Origin: an uncultured Acholeplasma sp.
GTDB taxonomy: Bacteria > Bacillota_I > Bacilli_A > Acholeplasmatales > Acholeplasmataceae
DNA length: 35,336 bases
Direction of reading: 5' to 3'
NCBI GenBank assembly: GCA_937868795.1
Contig: CALMNM010000136.1
Span: 1 to 35,336 of the forward strand
Below the pieces are notes generated by a model, which did no database searches, was not told where the DNA came from, and saw nothing but the letters and a program-made list of their open reading frames with translations. Made by a program: the position numbers and the translations under genes. Shown here piece after piece: positions 32,962 to 35,336 of this stretch (its first letter is position 1; every line of letters begins with the position of its first letter).

Positions 32962-33005
32962 AGTCGGAAAGGGGAATCGAACCCCTACTTATTTCCTTTT
33001 CCGAC
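32962..33005 (-). other. tRNA-like acceptor-stem / T-arm minihelix (not a full tRNA): 7-bp acceptor-like stem GUCGGAA/UUCCGAC, 12-nt linker, T-arm AGGGG-UUCGAUU-CCCCU, then a discriminator
   Basis: Hand-folded from the reverse complement. The T-loop UUCGAUU matches the T-Psi-C-R-A-N-Y consensus and the closing pair is G-C. The 5-prime strand overlaps the last 7 codons of the Zn-finger gene and the stop TAG lies in the T-stem. No D arm or anticodon arm can be formed. Confidence 0.45.
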
Positions 33006-33299
33006 AGATATTTTGGGAGCATTTTTGCTCCCCCTTGGCCTACCTCTCGGTTTGCCTGTTTTAATATCCGCTTTTTTATTAACGGCATTTTGTATTCTTT
33101 CCATTTTCATCTCTTCGTTACGAGTGATTTTCTTGGCAATTAATTGATAATTCTTTGGCATTGGGACAGTTTGTGCTCTTTTTGTACCGATATCAACAGG
33201 CCACCCACACCACGGACAAATTGCCCATTCATGGTCAGGCATTTTATCTTTCATATTTCCAAAATATTTGGAACAGTGGGTGCACTTGTATTCCCTCAT
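32985..33299 (-). CDS. Small zinc-ribbon protein with a C-terminal AT-hook-like motif (104 aa)
   Basis: C2C2 (CTHC...CPWC) at the N-terminus and GKPRGRPRGSKN (R-G-R-P core) at the C-terminus. The ATG abuts the RNR stop. Confidence 0.5.
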   Translation of the reverse strand: MREYKCTHCSKYFGNMKDKMPDHEWAICPWCGWPVDIGTKRAQTVPMPKNYQLIAKKITRNEEMKMERIQNAVNKKADIKTGKPRGRPRGSKNAPKISVGKGNK

Positions 33300-35330
33300 T
33301 TAGCACCTCGACCATCCACAAGCAGGACACTTTCTGCAACCCTCTTCCATAGCAATCACTTCACCACATTCAGGACACCTTGGAACATGAGTCAATTCTT
33401 TCGTCGGCAATGAGTCCATTATGATACAATTATCTTCAATCATATCACGACAAAGAATGGCCTCTTTTTCACCATATTCAAAGGTGGTGCGCTCTTCGAG
33501 AACTTTCCCGATAATGTTGGCACATGACCGTCCTGCAGACTTTGGATTTTTCATAGCAACAGGACATTCAACAGATTTGAGCGTCCTGACAATATCGGTT
33601 GCAGGGACGTTCCACCGTAATCCCAACGATATCATTAATCCAAGCGCCTCACTCATGGCGCTACAACCGCCTCCACGATTGTTAATGATGGTTTCATAAG
33701 GGTAATCGTCCATCTGATTAACGGTAATCATCAGTTTACCACATCCCGAACGCAATTTGTCGGTTGTGCCTGTGAGAACCCGTGGACGCTTCGGGAGAAG
33801 TCTTACTTCACCATCGGTAGAAACAAACGGTTGATGATGATTAATAACGCGATTAGAAGCTGACGTCGGAAGTTCTTCTTCTGACTTTACCTCTTTTTCT
33901 TTCAGAGTTAAAACTTCATCCTTACGAGAGCCTGAACGATAGAGAGTGACACCTTTACACTTTTTCTGCCATGCATAAATAACAGCCGCAGCAACGTCCT
34001 CTTTCGTAGCGCTAAATGGAAGATTGACCGTTTTGCTAACCCCAGCATCACAATAACGCTGGAAAATTGCCATGAGATCGATCTGCGTTCTCCAAAATAC
34101 ATCGAAGGTTGTTACGAGTAATCGCTGATCTTCTTCAGTAGTGTATGGAGCATCCCGAAGTGTGCCGTGTTCATAAACATACTGAATAAGCTCATTGTAT
34201 TGGCTTTCAGATAATCTATTCTTAAAGCGACTTTCAAAAATCGGATGAACAACGAAGTATTCTCGCCCAACAGTATTCTTGCGTTTCAGGACGTAAGAAA
34301 ATACAGGTTCAATTCCAGATGAACAATCAGCAAGGAACGATATAGAACCCGTCGGAGCGATACACGTCAGGGCCACGTTGCGACGCATATATCCACCATA
34401 CTTTGTATAATATGGTGAATATCCTCGAGTCTCGGCAAGTCTGGCAGAATGAATATCAGCAACCTTTTGAATAAATTTCATTACCTCTTCAGCCACGTCA
34501 TAAGAATCTTCGTGTCCATAGGGGATTCCCATTTTGAGTAACATATCGGCGAAACCCATGACACCAAGACCAATTTTTCTGGTAAATTTGGATGCTTCGT
34601 CAATTTGAGGAATCGGGTAGTTATTCATATCAATGACATTATCGAGGAATTCGACAGCATCTTTGATAATCTTTTCAAGATAATCCCAATCAATTCCACC
34701 GTATTCATCAACAAAATTTACAAGGTTAATGCTTCCAAGGTTGCAGGATTCAAAGGGGTAGAGTGGTTGCTCACCGCAGGGGTTGGTTGCAGTTATCGGG
34801 CCAAGCTTCGGTGTTGCAGCATCAGTATCGATGTTAATCCTGTCATAAAACAGGAATGATGGTTCACCGTTTGTCCACTGGTTTTCGATGATTTTATTGA
34901 ACAGGTCTTTGTTCTTGCAGGTGTATCCCTGTCCAATAACATCATTCATAAACTCATCATCAACCATCACCGAGAAATTGAAATTGGCAAGTTTCCCTTC
35001 GACGTGTTTTGCAGTAATGAACTTCTCAATATCGGGATGATCATATCGTAGGATGCCCATATTGGCTCCACGTCGGCGACCACCCTGTTTTACGGTCTCG
35101 GTAGCGGCATTGAATACTTCCATGAAAGAGAGTGGGCCTGACGCTACCCCTTTGGTAGAGCCAACGGTGGAGCCTGCTGACCGAAGGTTGGAGAAATTAA
35201 ATCCAGTTCCTCCGCCTGTTTTGTGAATGAGAGCCGTCCACTTGATAGCGTCGAAAATTTCCTCCATCGAATCACCAACAGGAAGAACAAAGCAAGCAGA
35301 AAGTTGACCAATTTCTGTGCCTGCATTCAT
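33300..35330 (-). CDS. nrdJ: Ribonucleotide reductase catalytic subunit, class II (adenosylcobalamin-dependent, NrdJ-like); N-terminus at or beyond the window edge
   Basis: Active-site region NPCGEQPLYPFESCNLGSINL and a C-terminal Cys-rich zinc ribbon (CPECGEV...CRKCPACG). At 676+ aa it is long; the first Met is 6 nt from the window end, so the true start may lie outside. Confidence 0.8.
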   Translation of the reverse strand: MNAGTEIGQLSACFVLPVGDSMEEIFDAIKWTALIHKTGGGTGFNFSNLRSAGSTVGSTKGVASGPLSFMEVFNAATETVKQGGRRRGANMGILRYDHPDIEKFITAKHVEGKLANFNFSVMVDDEFMNDVIGQGYTCKNKDLFNKIIENQWTNGEPSFLFYDRINIDTDAATPKLGPITATNPCGEQPLYPFESCNLGSINLVNFVDEYGGIDWDYLEKIIKDAVEFLDNVIDMNNYPIPQIDEASKFTRKIGLGVMGFADMLLKMGIPYGHEDSYDVAEEVMKFIQKVADIHSARLAETRGYSPYYTKYGGYMRRNVALTCIAPTGSISFLADCSSGIEPVFSYVLKRKNTVGREYFVVHPIFESRFKNRLSESQYNELIQYVYEHGTLRDAPYTTEEDQRLLVTTFDVFWRTQIDLMAIFQRYCDAGVSKTVNLPFSATKEDVAAAVIYAWQKKCKGVTLYRSGSRKDEVLTLKEKEVKSEEELPTSASNRVINHHQPFVSTDGEVRLLPKRPRVLTGTTDKLRSGCGKLMITVNQMDDYPYETIINNRGGGCSAMSEALGLMISLGLRWNVPATDIVRTLKSVECPVAMKNPKSAGRSCANIIGKVLEERTTFEYGEKEAILCRDMIEDNCIIMDSLPTKELTHVPRCPECGEVIAMEEGCRKCPACGWSRC

Positions 35331-35336
35331 GAGTGT

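Noticed and set aside
32962-33040. Possibility of a complete tRNA gene on the minus strand ending at the T-arm/acceptor sequence
   Set aside because: No complement to the 3-prime acceptor strand exists at the 65-75-nt distance required, and no D arm or anticodon arm can be folded upstream. Only the acceptor/T-arm minihelix (44 nt) forms.
1-35336. Looked for an integrase/att pair, an rRNA or full tRNA, and endolysin motifs
   Set aside because: No tyrosine- or serine-recombinase motifs, rRNA-like conserved stretches, complete tRNA or lysozyme/amidase signatures were seen by eye. Their absence is recorded, not proven; a proper HMM scan is needed.

Overview
The window reads as part of a tailed dsDNA virus genome or prophage, with a siphovirus-like tail module and about 42% GC overall that is clearly mosaic. 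No searches or computations were run; every call rests on reading motifs and gene order, and the family assignments are from memory and need HHpred or BLAST.

Layout, left to right:

- 1..1106 (+): the tail of an operon of small genes (a partial ORF, two small hypotheticals, a 2-TM miniprotein, a Zn-ribbon miniprotein, one more hypothetical).
- 1107..1608: a ~500-bp non-coding convergent region with GC hairpins and short direct repeats.
- 1609..3658 (-): a tightly coupled accessory cassette. It holds an Hjc-like PD-(D/E)XK nuclease, two zinc-ribbon miniproteins, two small membrane proteins and an RHH-like protein.
- 3689..3825: a divergent promoter region containing a 14-bp palindrome.
- 3826..28058 (+): a ~24-kb morphogenesis operon. 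In order it encodes a protease/scaffold fusion (possible), a 305-aa unknown structural protein, an encapsulin-like (Linocin M18-like) HK97-fold major capsid protein of only 281 aa, and connector and neck proteins, one of them membrane-anchored. These are followed by a major tail protein, tail assembly chaperones with a classical -1 frameshift (U_UUU_UUC at 10087-10093) and a 1144-aa tape measure protein. The operon ends with a 1543-aa BNR/Asp-box beta-propeller protein and two paralogous giant repeat-rich fibre proteins; the second carries a CBM-like domain.
- 28075..35330 (-): a convergent nucleotide-metabolism and replication operon. In transcription order it encodes ribonucleotide reductase (class II-like, N-terminus at the window edge), a Zn-ribbon/AT-hook protein, a Cas4-like nuclease, an AEP primase, a short-form XPF/ERCC4 nuclease, thymidylate kinase and, after a 140-bp gap, an SNF2 helicase.

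The most interesting features:

- A tRNA-like acceptor/T-arm minihelix plus a UUCG hairpin sits in the spacer between the Zn-ribbon/AT-hook gene and the Cas4-like gene.
- The archaeal-flavoured DNA-repair gene set (XPF/ERCC4 with HhH2, AEP primase, Hjc-like nuclease, encapsulin-like capsid) coexists with strong GGAGG ribosome-binding sites and three TTG starts.
- There is no terminase or portal in the ~3.8 kb upstream of the scaffold gene.
- Composition breaks inside genes (tape measure, first fibre), consistent with recombinational swapping of the tail/host-range half.

No rRNA, full tRNA, CRISPR array, integrase or recognisable endolysin was seen.
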